This document shows, one piece after another, positions 23,219-32,772 of a DNA stretch of 64,000 bases; position 1 is the stretch's first letter; every line of letters begins with the position of its first letter. Below the pieces are notes generated by a model, which worked only from the letters and a program-made list of their open reading frames with translations, was not told the origin of the DNA and made no database searches. A program made the position numbers and the translations under genes. This DNA is from an uncultured Phycisphaerales bacterium. GTDB lineage: Bacteria; Planctomycetota; Phycisphaerae; Tepidisphaerales; Tepidisphaeraceae. The stretch is from positions 864,001 to 928,000 of the forward strand of contig CAWJPJ010000007.1 of NCBI GenBank assembly GCA_963844715.1, given 5' to 3'.

Positions 23219-24619
23219 TCAGGCTACATAACCACACAGTTGCCGCCGAGCGCATCGCGTCGCGCAAAACCGGTCGGGATGCCGAGAGTGTCGGCGCTCG
23301 CAGGCGGCGTTGAACTCGATCAGTTCGCCCAAATCGACGTCGCCCACCGTCATCAAGCTCGTCATATCCACCTTGGCGTAAATCTCAGTGGACTGAACGA
23401 TGGAGTGCCCAAGATGATCGCCGATCTGTTTGAGGCTGAATCCCTCCGACAACAAATGGGTTGCACAAGCATGACGCAAGCCGTGCGGTCCGTAACGCTT
23501 GAGCTTTTGGCCCAGCGACTTCTGGCGGTCGCAGACGACCGTGGCAGCCGACATCAACGGGCGATAAGGCTGAAGCATGGAAATGAAGACCTCTCTGTGC
23601 CGGCAGATGGGCCGGATCTTCAGATAGGCGACGATGGCATCACCCACGGTGGAAATGAGCGGATAGGTTCCGACACGATGCAGCTTCGGCCGTGGCGGAC
23701 GAATGACCCCATTCTCCCAGTCGATATCTTCCAGGCGCAGGCCGCAAACTTCGCCTGAGCGAAAACCATAAACGGCCATCAACAGCATCATCGCGCGATC
23801 GCGAACGTCGACAGGATCGTTGGTATCGGCTGAATCAAGCAGTTCACGGACTTGTGCCCATGTCGGCCCCTGGGGGTAGCGTTCGTGGCGATAGAGCCGC
23901 GGCGCATGGATGCAGTCCCACAGGGTTGGTTCGCAACCGCGCCGACCGCCGAGCCAGCGCAAGAACACGCGCACGTGACAGATATGGCTGGCGATGGAGC
24001 ACCGCGACCATCGCGTGAACTGTGGTTCCTGTAGATAGCCCGTCAACATTCGCGCGTCGAGCTTCCGCAAATCGCCGCCCGGATGTTTGGCCGCCCAGGC
24101 TAGAAACAGGCCAACGTCGCGGCGGTAAATGCCGACGGTACAGGGCGACCATCCATGTTCGGCGCGCTTGAACTCGATAAAACCCTGCATCAGATCATCG
24201 AAAGGCCCGCGGATGAACGAACGTTCCATGCGTCCGCAAAATGCCAGCCAATGTCTTATCCGGCCCAGGAATTTATGGATGGTGGCGGCCGATGGCTTCC
24301 TACGATGCAAGCCGCCGCGAAAGTTGCCGTCACGCCATTTAGGACCCAACGTGCGCAACTGTTCCTCGTTAACAACCTGTCCAGGCTTGAGGTCCAGCAA
24401 TATGGCAGCATGGAGGGTATATCCAGCAGCATGTTTGAACGTCTCCAGCGCGCGGCCATCTTCGACCAGATGCCGCAGGTAACGTTCCCGTTCCTCGCGC
24501 ATCGGGCTTTCGCGGTGCAACTGCAAATGCTTTCGACGGGTGACAAACTGCTCAAACATCGCGGAACAAATCGAGATCGGCTTTGCCCGCTGCTTCGGCA
24601 ATGAGGCGTGGACGATCAA
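23219..24619 (-). CDS. RIT tyrosine recombinase A
   Basis: RDRAM..L...YGFR..EV..L.LEDIDW, GPHGLRHACATHLL, IGDHLGH.....T.IYAKVD. Confidence 0.9.
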   Translation of the reverse strand: MIVHASLPKQRAKPISICSAMFEQFVTRRKHLQLHRESPMREERERYLRHLVEDGRALETFKHAAGYTLHAAILLDLKPGQVVNEEQLRTLGPKWRDGNFRGGLHRRKPSAATIHKFLGRIRHWLAFCGRMERSFIRGPFDDLMQGFIEFKRAEHGWSPCTVGIYRRDVGLFLAWAAKHPGGDLRKLDARMLTGYLQEPQFTRWSRCSIASHICHVRVFLRWLGGRRGCEPTLWDCIHAPRLYRHERYPQGPTWAQVRELLDSADTNDPVDVRDRAMMLLMAVYGFRSGEVCGLRLEDIDWENGVIRPPRPKLHRVGTYPLISTVGDAIVAYLKIRPICRHREVFISMLQPYRPLMSAATVVCDRQKSLGQKLKRYGPHGLRHACATHLLSEGFSLKQIGDHLGHSIVQSTEIYAKVDMTSLMTVGDVDLGELIEFNAACERRHSRHPDRFCATRCARRQLCGYVA

Positions 24620-24830
24620 TTAGTTATGTTGCGAGTATCGGCGTGGGAGTGGAACAGCATTAGCTGATCGAATGATGGCGCACACGGGATGAATCCAACG
24701 AAAATAATGCTCTTGCCGTAACAGATCAGAAGCGAGAAGGCCCACAGACCACAGGAACATCTCTTACGGCCGAGCACATAACTAAACTCAACACATAAGT
24801 ACGATTATGTGGTGGACAACATAACAAGCC

Positions 24831-25286
24831 ATAGGGCTGGCTGACGCCGAATTCGGCGGCGATGGATTCAACGCCTTTCGCTTCCTCCCGCGCCAACTTG
24901 GCGAAGGCTTCGGCTTCGTCCAGCGGGTGCATCGGCTCCCGGATAAAGTTCTCGGCCAGCGCCAAGGCGTCGGCCGTGTCGTCATCGACGGAACGCAGGA
25001 TGCACGGCACTTTCGGCGGTCGCCCCCCCTTGGCTGAATCCTTAAACACGGCGCAGCGCGCTGCCAGACGGCCATTGCCGACAATCACCCGGTAGCCACC
25101 GGCTACTTTGTCATCGGCGCGGACCACCAGCGGTTGGATCAGGCCAAACGCCCGAATCGACGCGACTTTCTGCCGATGGGCGTCCCGTTCCGGCTTGACG
25201 CGGCGGGGATTCCGCTTGTTCGGAATCAGCTTCGACAACGCAACGGAAATCTGAACACCATGAAATTGAGATAGATTGCGAGTCAT
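24831..25286 (-). pseudogene. ParB-like protein, N-terminal part (ParB domain plus start of HTH)
   Basis: NPR, SIRAFGLIQPLVVR, G.GRL.A, AENFIRE.MHPLDEAEAF, IAAEFGVS. Confidence 0.88.
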
Positions 25287-25319
25287 AAAAATAGCTCTCT
25301 GTCGATAAAGTTGAATGAA

Positions 25320-25556
25320 TCAAATACCTTGTTGGCCTTTCGCCGGCGCGTCGGGGTTGCCGACACGGACCTCAACGCGAGGCCCATAGCGGTACACGTC
25401 CACGGTCATTCGTCCGTCCTCATGCTGGACCAGACTGATCAGACCGCCGTTGCCGCCGCCGCCGACAAATTCGACGATCCGCTCGCAGGGAGCGGCATAG
25501 TGATTGGCAACACAATTCTTGATGACACGGGGCCTTTGCTGCAATGGCTGGCACAT
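25320..25556 (-). CDS. Small hypothetical protein
   Basis: Co-oriented ORF filling the gap between ssb and parB. Confidence 0.45.
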   Translation of the reverse strand: MCQPLQQRPRVIKNCVANHYAAPCERIVEFVGGGGNGGLISLVQHEDGRMTVDVYRYGPRVEVRVGNPDAPAKGQQGI

Positions 25557-25568
25557 GGGACACCTCGG

Positions 25569-26030
25569 CTAAATCGGAATATCCCGGCCCGCGCGGGCAA
25601 ACTCGCCTTGGGCGGGCTGCTCTGGTCTGGCGCTCTTGGCATTGTTTCGGCGCTGACCACGCCCCTTGCGTTCGGCGGGTGGACCGTTGCTGCCCGGCTT
25701 GCGATCGACAAACCGGAACTGTTCGACAACCACGCGAATCTTGCTGCGCCGCTGGCCGTCTTCCTGTTCCCACTGTTCCAGCCGCAAGCGGCCTTCGATG
25801 TGGATCGGGCGTCCCTTGGTCAAGCTCTCGCCGATAGTCTGCCCTGTCTTGCCGAAGGCGGAACAGTCGATAAATAGCACGTCCTCACGGTCGCCACCCT
25901 TAGCATCTTTCCACCGGCGATTGACCGCCAGTGAGAAATCGCAAACCCGGGTATCGGAGTTGGGCAGCGCCTTTAACTCCGGGTCCCGCGTCAGGTGTCC
26001 CATGAGGATCACCTTGTTGTAGTTGGCCAT
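25569..26030 (-). CDS. ssb: Single-stranded DNA-binding protein
   Basis: MANYNKVILMGHLTRDPEL...KGRPIHIEGRL; C-terminal DIPI. Confidence 0.93.
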   Translation of the reverse strand: MANYNKVILMGHLTRDPELKALPNSDTRVCDFSLAVNRRWKDAKGGDREDVLFIDCSAFGKTGQTIGESLTKGRPIHIEGRLRLEQWEQEDGQRRSKIRVVVEQFRFVDRKPGSNGPPAERKGRGQRRNNAKSARPEQPAQGEFARAGRDIPI

Positions 26031-26139
26031 GATGAATCTCCTTGTGTAAATGGCCACTGATGAGTGCGGCGTCACCGTGACAACCGCTCCCAGCCCGCCC
26101 CGGCGAAACACAACCGGGATGGGTTCGGGAGGGGTTGGC

Positions 26140-27262
26140 TCAGATATCCGTCATTTGGAAATCTTGGACTTCCCCGCCTGTGCCTTCGCCTTCTGCGGCG
26201 GAGGCTTTGGCTTCGATGGCCAGTCCCAACGCGCTGTAGTAGGCGGCTTGCTTCAATCGGTGCGATGCGCCGAACCAGACGGAATCGAGCCGACGATTCA
26301 GCTTTTCAGCCGGGTTCAATCCCCGGTAATTCCGCTGATGGTCGGCCCATTCGCTCACCGCGTTGTACGCCGCCCATGCGGTGTGCTTCATGCTGGGGAG
26401 CGTGTTCCGCTCGTTATCGAAATTGGCGAGCAACTGACCGAAAACCTTCTCTCGGCTCTTCTTCTGGCGGTCGGTCCCGCCGGGAACATCCGCACCCGCC
26501 AACCCCCGGAAGTAACCCGATGCCTCGGTTACGCTGAGGTCTTTGGCAAGCATCGCGTGAAGTTCTTCGTCAAACTGGTCGAACCGCGCCGCGATGATCC
26601 CTAACTTGGTGCGGGCCTCGGCAATCCGGCTTTCCAACCGGGGATGATGGGAAATGGTCAATCCGTCCATGCCCGCCTCACGCATGGCCAGATTGAGTGT
26701 GTTCTGACAGACCACGCGCACGGTCGTCGGAATCATCCGAAGCGCCTGGCTTCCGTCGTGAGTGTTGGTCAAGAGAACATAGGGCTTAATCAGGTCGTCG
26801 GCTCCGGCCCGGTATTCCCTGGGAATCCTGCGCCAGCATCCACACGCGCTTACCGCCGTGGAGACTGCCCGCCGTCTCGTATATGGCGAGCTTGTCGCCG
26901 ACCAGCGCATCCATAAAATCGAAGGCTTCCCGATTCTGGAATACGCGGTAACGTCTGCCCACCACGCCCAACACCGCTTTCGTATCGGTGCGAACGTTGG
27001 CGACAAACTCCGGTACGTCCACTTCGACAGGCTCAGTGCGGGCCGCCTCCTGACTATTGTTGTCCGGGTCGCTAGTCGCGCGCTCTGCCGAGCGGAAAGC
27101 CCGGACCGGCCATTGCTCTACGTGCCAATCCAACCCGGCGAGGCTGATCGCCTCGGCGCTGGTGGTTGCCTGTTCGATCACTATGCCCAAGCGATGCCAA
27201 GCAGGCTCGCCCGTCACAAAAACTGCCGCTCGTCCGGTTGTCTGGTCGATCTCGTGTGCCAC
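26140..27262 (-). CDS. DUF932 (TIGR03299-like phage/plasmid protein; indel near 26830)
   Basis: AHE...AWHRLG...AGLDW, Y...QNREAF.F.D, YETAGSL.GGKRVW, NTHDGS, RVVCQNTL, W.AYNAVSE; GTG start with GGAGG RBS. Confidence 0.88.
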
Positions 27263-27329
27263 AAGACACCTCCCGAAAAGGAAGAAAAACTCCAAACCGG
27301 GAAGGCGTAGGCCCAAAGCCCACGCAATA

Positions 27330-27375
27330 TTTTTGACCTCCCGGCTTCGGTAGAAGCACGCCGGGAGGTCAAAAA
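27330..27375. promoter_or_regulatory. 16-bp perfect hairpin upstream of the DUF932-ssb-parB operon
   Basis: tttttgacctcccggc ... gccgggaggtcaaaaa; the regulatory role is inferred. Confidence 0.6.
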
Positions 27376-27460
27376 CATGAGATCCATCTGGCTGGCGACG
27401 GGAACGCGAGCGCAGCGGACGAAGGGCATGCCACGCGCAGAGGTTGAGAGTTGCATATGT

Positions 27461-27525
27461 GCGTTTATGTTGAGTTCCGAATTATTTTTGAGTTCGGCGG
27501 AAAATCCCTGCATTTCGGGGGTTCT
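27461..27525. repeat. Left 65-bp inverted repeat of RIT2
   Basis: Exact reverse complement of 30849-30913. Confidence 0.95.
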
Positions 27526-27602
27526 GAGCAGAATGGCGAAGCGGTTTGCTTCACATAATCCTGATGTCTTTCTTATGCCCATGTGGCGGAAAGGAAGGCG
27601 TC

Positions 27603-28863
27603 ATGTCTCACGATCTGTTTCTTCGATGTGTTCGCAGGCGGATCAGCGGCAATCCACAGGAACCGCTGTTGGAGCGATTCCTGATTTATCTCACCCAGCG
27701 TGGTTACGCTCCGGGAACGTGGTATCGGCTTCTGCGCATTGCCGATCACTTCGGGCGATGGCTTGGCCCTGGACCTTTGACGTACAAGGCGGCGCAGGGC
27801 TTCCTCAAACGCCATTTGCCGAGGTGCCGATGCACAACGCATTCGCTGCGCAGCCTGCAATGCAATCGCGAAGCGCTGCGGCTTTTGCTTGAGATGGCCG
27901 CAATCACGCCGACTCCGTCGCCAGCCCCCATGCATTTTGCGGATCGGCTGCTGGAACAATATGGACAGCACCTGATACAGGCGAGAGGACTCGCGCCGGT
28001 GACTGTCCATCATCGGTTGGATCTGGCCAGGCGAATGCTTCGACAGTTCCGAGTGCGTCAATCATCACAGTTCCGCGCCTGGACGGCCGCTCAGATCCAG
28101 CAATACATCGCGCGAATGGTGCGTCCTTACCAGACGTCCACCGGCCGCGCCATGACTTCAGCGACTCGCTCGTTCCTATGCTATTTACTGCAAAATCGCT
28201 TGATTCGGCGGGATTTGGCCGCGGCGGTTCCCGCATTGGCCCATTGGCGATTAGCGCCCTTGCCCAACACTCTGACAATCAAGGAGATTGAACGGCTCCT
28301 CAGGGCTGTCCGGCAATGCACCCCGCTCAATCTTCGCGACCGCGCCATTCTCCTGTGCATGGTCGAACTGGGTCTCCGGCGCCCCGACGTGACGGGACTG
28401 GAAGTCATCGGGGTGGATCTGGCCCATCGAGTGTTGCGCCTTCAACATCACAAGGAACGGGAGGCGGCGGCAACGCCCATGACCAGCCGACTGGCAGAGG
28501 CGATTGAAGCGTATCTCCGCAAAGGCCGTCCTGCCTGCCAGTCACCGTTCCTGTTCGTCTCGCATCGCGCCCCGGTTGGCAAGCCCTTGTCCACTGCCGG
28601 CCTTGGACACATCGTGCTCAGGATTGCTGGTCGCGCGAGATTGCAGGGCCGCGTCAGGGGCACCCATATATTTAGGCATAGTCTCGCCAGCCGACTGCTC
28701 GCTTCGGGAGGCGCCTTAAACAAATCGCCGACGTGCTGGGTCATCAGTCGATTGAGACAACGATGATTTATACCAAAGTCGATCTGCCGCGCTGATGCAG
28801 GTGGCGTTGCCTTGGCCCGGGGGCGCCAAAGACAAAACCTCCGCCGGGGAGGTGCGGCCATGA
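27603..28863 (+). CDS. RIT tyrosine recombinase A (indels near the C-terminus; end approximate)
   Basis: RGLAPVT, LAAAVP, RDRAILL...LGLR, GTHIFRHSLA; shifted frame continues IADVLGHQS..TT.IY.KVD. Confidence 0.88.
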
Positions 28864-29816
28864 CACACCAACTGACGATGGTTCGCCACGCCAGAGCCTA
28901 CCTTGAATACCGCCGCTCCCTGGGCTTTGCACTGCGCGGTCATGGCAGATTGGCGATGCAATTCGCTCGTTTCCTCGATCGCCGCCGTCACGAGCTTCCA
29001 ACGATCGGCCTGATGCTGCGCTGGGTCAATGGAAAGGGAACGCATTCCCAAAGCTATCGCGCCAGTCGTTTAACGGCGGTTCGCAGTTTTGCACGCTATC
29101 TGGCGGCAAGGGATGAACGAATCCCCATCCCGCCCGCCCGACTCTTATCCGTGAGGATTCGGCGCTGTCGGCCTCACATTTACAGCCCGCTGCAACTTGA
29201 GCAGCTGCTGTCCGCTGCCGGGCGGCTGCATCCTCACTTTGCGCTTCGCCCTTTGACCTATCAGACGCTTCTGGGACTGATCGCCGCCACAGGCTTGCGC
29301 ATCTCTGAAGCCATCAGGCTCCAGCGCGGACAGATCGATTTGAAGCGTGGTCTGCTGGAGATTACGCAGACCAAATTCAAAAAGTCACGCCTTGTGCCGA
29401 TGCACCCGACCACAACGCGGGCCTTGCGCCATTACCGCGATAAGCGCGATCAGCAATGGGGAACACGACAGGAAGCACCATTCTTTCTCAACGCCGCAGG
29501 CCGATATTTGCCATCGGAAACGGTACAGGCTGTATTCCGTCGGCTTTGCGAAGGTCTCGGCTGGCATCGGGGCAACGGCGAATTACCCAAACCACGCCTC
29601 CATGACCTGCGCCACAGCTTCGCCTGCCGCCGCCTATTGATCTGGCATCGCAATGGCGACGACATCGGGAACCGCATCGCCGCGCTGGCGACGTACCTGG
29701 GCCATGGCAGGGTCCGGGACACCTATTGGTATCTCACCGGCACCTCGGAACTGCTTGCCATTGCGGGAGACCGCTTCGGACGATTCGCCGATTCGGCAGA
29801 AGGGAGCAACCCATGA
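28860..29816 (+). CDS. RIT tyrosine recombinase B
   Basis: Y...RRSLGF, PHIYS, TGLRISEA, TKFKKSRLVP, PRLHDLRHSFA, TYLGH....TYWYL. Confidence 0.92.
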   Translation: MTHQLTMVRHARAYLEYRRSLGFALRGHGRLAMQFARFLDRRRHELPTIGLMLRWVNGKGTHSQSYRASRLTAVRSFARYLAARDERIPIPPARLLSVRIRRCRPHIYSPLQLEQLLSAAGRLHPHFALRPLTYQTLLGLIAATGLRISEAIRLQRGQIDLKRGLLEITQTKFKKSRLVPMHPTTTRALRHYRDKRDQQWGTRQEAPFFLNAAGRYLPSETVQAVFRRLCEGLGWHRGNGELPKPRLHDLRHSFACRRLLIWHRNGDDIGNRIAALATYLGHGRVRDTYWYLTGTSELLAIAGDRFGRFADSAEGSNP

Positions 29817-30826
29817 AAGCCAAGGAACTTATCCCCACGCTTCCACTGGCGCCGTTACTCCAGAACTATTTTTGTTCTCATTTGATCGGCCAGCGCGACC
29901 TGAGCCGGCGGACGATCCATGCCTATCGCGACACATTCCGGCTGCTGCTGAAGTTCCTGGCTCACCGCTTCAAGTTGATGCCCGAAGCATTGCGCGTGAG
30001 TGATCTGGACCCGCCAAGAGTCCTTGCCTTCCTTGATGACCTGGAACAATCCCGTGGCAACGGCGTTCGCACCCGCAACGCCCGGTTGGTGGCGATCCAT
30101 TCCTTCATGCGCTACATCGCATCCGTCGAGCCGTCGTTGTTGAATGTGGCCCAGCGCATTCTTGCGATTCCCGCCAAGCGATTCGATCGCCCATCCATCG
30201 GCCATCTTACGCGCCAGCAGATGCAAGCCATTCTGGACGCGCCTAATGCCGCGACGCGCGGCGGACAGCGCGACCGTCTTCTGTTGATGATGCTGTACAA
30301 CACCGGCGCGCGAGTGTCGGAGGTGGCGGCTCTTCACGTACACGATGTGCGCCTGGATTCCCAAGCCACGGTGCAGTTGCACGGGAAAGGACGGAAGAAT
30401 CGCGCCGTACCGCTGTGGCGTTCGACAACGCGATTGCTGCGGCAGTGGCTCAAGGACACTGGCGCCGCGCCTGAATCCCCGCTGTTTCCCAATGCACGAG
30501 GCGAGCCGATGAGCCGGCATGGCATCGCCCAGCGCTTGGCAACGGCCGTGGCTCGCGCCTCGAAGAAGTTGCCGGGTTTGGGGAACATCCGCGTGACTCC
30601 ACACAAAATCCGGCACTCCACGGCCATGCACCTGCTGCAATCGGGCGTGGATCTTTCAGTCATTGCGATGTGGCTGGGCCACGAACACATCGAAACAACA
30701 CATCAATACCTGGACGCCGATCTGGAATCGAAGAAACAGGCGTTGGCATGCTTGGATTCACCCCGTCTGCACCGGTATCGCCGCTCTGCGCCCAAACCGC
30801 TCCTTCAGTTCCTGGAAGGCCTGTGA
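29813..30826 (+). CDS. RIT tyrosine recombinase C
   Basis: T..AYRD, RTRNARL.AI, YNTGARVSE, TPH.IRHSTAMHLLQSGVD, WLGHE..ETT..Y. Confidence 0.92.
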   Translation: MKAKELIPTLPLAPLLQNYFCSHLIGQRDLSRRTIHAYRDTFRLLLKFLAHRFKLMPEALRVSDLDPPRVLAFLDDLEQSRGNGVRTRNARLVAIHSFMRYIASVEPSLLNVAQRILAIPAKRFDRPSIGHLTRQQMQAILDAPNAATRGGQRDRLLLMMLYNTGARVSEVAALHVHDVRLDSQATVQLHGKGRKNRAVPLWRSTTRLLRQWLKDTGAAPESPLFPNARGEPMSRHGIAQRLATAVARASKKLPGLGNIRVTPHKIRHSTAMHLLQSGVDLSVIAMWLGHEHIETTHQYLDADLESKKQALACLDSPRLHRYRRSAPKPLLQFLEGL

Positions 30827-30848
30827 TTATGTTGAGCCATCATGCACG

Positions 30849-30913
30849 AGAACCCCCGAAATGCAGGGATTTTCCGCCGAACTCAAAAATAATTCGGAAC
30901 TCAACATAAACGC
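30849..30913. repeat. Right 65-bp inverted repeat of RIT2
   Basis: Exact reverse complement of 27461-27525. Confidence 0.95.
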
Positions 30914-31560
30914 GCAGGCCCGCAGCGCTGTACTCAGCGTGAGGAACCGAGCATGGCAAGGCCGTACTCGGCCGGTGGCGTTTCGATAGCGGAGTCGAGC
31001 TAGACGTGCTGCGTAGGCCCGCTGCATCTGGTCCCGGCGCGCGCGGGGGCCTTTCAACAACTTAGCGGGCCTACCCTCCACCCCATGTTCCCGGCGCCAT
31101 CCTTATTGTTTCCGACAGTCATCACACCGGATTGACGGCCAAGGAGAGGAGGTGCGGAGGAGAGGACCGGCCTGAGGTCCTCTTCTCTGCATTCGCATTT
31201 CTTTATTTATAGAATGGCAAGCAGGGGCGTTTCTCTCGGTCGATAGTCTTGCGCTGTAATGGATATATGGCCGGTTTTAGCGTCGGGTCAGGAGAGCGTG
31301 ATGGTCACGACTTCCATCCCCTACGGTGTACCAAATGGCAGTGGACGCCGTATACCGCATTTTGCGGGTTGAGCTTGGATGCCGATTCTCGAAAAGTTTT
31401 TTTTAATCCAAGGGACGGCGGTCGCATTAATCTCCTAAAATCTCCAAGTAGTAACAGCGGCTGTATTGATATTGCCCTCCTCATCATGCTACGCCGGGTT
31501 GCTGTCAAGTGAACTGATTCATTGCGCATGCGGCCGCACTGTCCCGAAAGGAGACTCATC

Positions 31561-31944
31561 ATGCGGACCAAAGAGATTCGTGCTGAAGAGTGGCCGCCAT
31601 TTTTCAATGAGTTTACGCAGCTTCACCACGGTAAGCGCGTGAACGTGGAAACGCTGGGTAGCGGCGGGCTGGGCGTTACATCGCATGTGCGCGATCTGCC
31701 CTTGGTGGGGATTGTGGCCGCCGATCCCAAGGGCGGCACGGGCGAGTGGATTGAGATTATCGCCGGCGATTCCGCTCAAACTCACGCTACGCATTCCGTT
31801 CCCAATCCAGCTCATGTGCATCTGGCCGAGGAAGAGGACGGAAAAGCCGTGGCGCTACAGATCGAGTCAGCTAAGGGATTGGTAACAATGATCCGCTTTG
31901 AGAAGAAGAGTGAAGGAATGCCCCCGGGATTCACCATTGAGTGA
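31561..31944 (+). CDS. DUF5335-like small protein
   Basis: T.EI...EW..FF..F...H.G....VE.LG...G......LPLVGI..D pattern; RBS aggag. Confidence 0.6.
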   Translation: MRTKEIRAEEWPPFFNEFTQLHHGKRVNVETLGSGGLGVTSHVRDLPLVGIVAADPKGGTGEWIEIIAGDSAQTHATHSVPNPAHVHLAEEEDGKAVALQIESAKGLVTMIRFEKKSEGMPPGFTIE

Positions 31945-32019
31945 ATAGGGTGCTTCAGGATGCAGCCGACTAAGTGCAAGCATCCCAGATGGACAAATAT
32001 CCCAGAACACGAGGTGAAT

Positions 32020-32370
32020 CATGGAAACCTGCATTATTCCTGAGGATCAGTGGACGGAATTCTTCGACCGCTTAAATCACGACCAGGCTGGCTGGATCGC
32101 AACGATCCGCGTGCTGCATGGCCAATACGGGCCACAAACCATCGTGTGACGAATTTACCTTTTCAGGGGATCAGCTTCGACACCAAGGGGACCCGACCCA
32201 GTAGCGTACAGGTCAGCGCTGGCAACCCATTCCGGCACCATGTCAATCACGTCGTAGACCTGCCACTTCACATTCGCCAAACCGAAGAGCCGAATGGAAG
32301 TATCGATGTGCAAATTGAGCCGGCAAATGGGCCCGTAACCCTGATTCATCTTCATGGCCCGGTCCATTGA
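32020..32370 (+). CDS. Second DUF5335-like paralog (indel near 32145)
   Basis: METCIIPEDQWTEFFDRLNHDQAGW.ATIRVL...G in one frame, then LPFQGISFD...H.V..P..I in the next. Confidence 0.5.
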
Positions 32371-32772
32371 CGATGGCGTTTGCCCGGAATTGTTTACCCC
32401 CGCGCGAAGTGCGCATTAGGGCCGCGCCAGCGCCATTGGGCAAAACCAATATCCTCGCGCATTAGAAATTATTTGAAAAACGGCTGAACCGTTGAAAATG
32501 CGCAGAACATCGCGGCGCACGAATCGCCGCGAAAAAAGTAGTAGGTCCGACGGGGTAACGAAATCACGCTGGATGCTTTACGCGGACGCGATGAGCATCA
32601 ATCCAGGAATAAGGGGGGGCAAAATAGATTGCGCTCGGGCGAAAATGCTCCCTGTTCTTTCGGTTCGTATTGACTGCCGAACCGGTGGGCCGACTGCCTC
32701 GGCTGCAATTTAAGGGAGACGTATCGCTCTCAAAGGGCACATGCTGTTCGGGAGTCCATCGCAGAGATACAC

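Larger units (their letters stand above)
21180..24830 (-). mobile_element. RIT element 1 (recombinases in trio) inserted in parB
   Basis: Three adjacent tyrosine recombinases; imperfect terminal IRs acttatgtgttgagtatatttatgt (21178-21202) and acataactaaactcaacacataagt (24776-24800). Confidence 0.9.
27441..30917 (+). mobile_element. RIT element 2
   Basis: Three adjacent tyrosine recombinases; 65-bp perfect IRs at 27461-27525 and 30849-30913; acgcgcag present at both flanks (27433-27440, 30910-30917). Confidence 0.92.

Noticed and set aside
27214..31081. ORFs sharing the peptide CAFMLSSELFLSSAENPCISGVL (27377-27892, 30827-31081) and their reverse-strand counterparts
   Set aside because: These are translations of the RIT2 inverted repeats, not genes.
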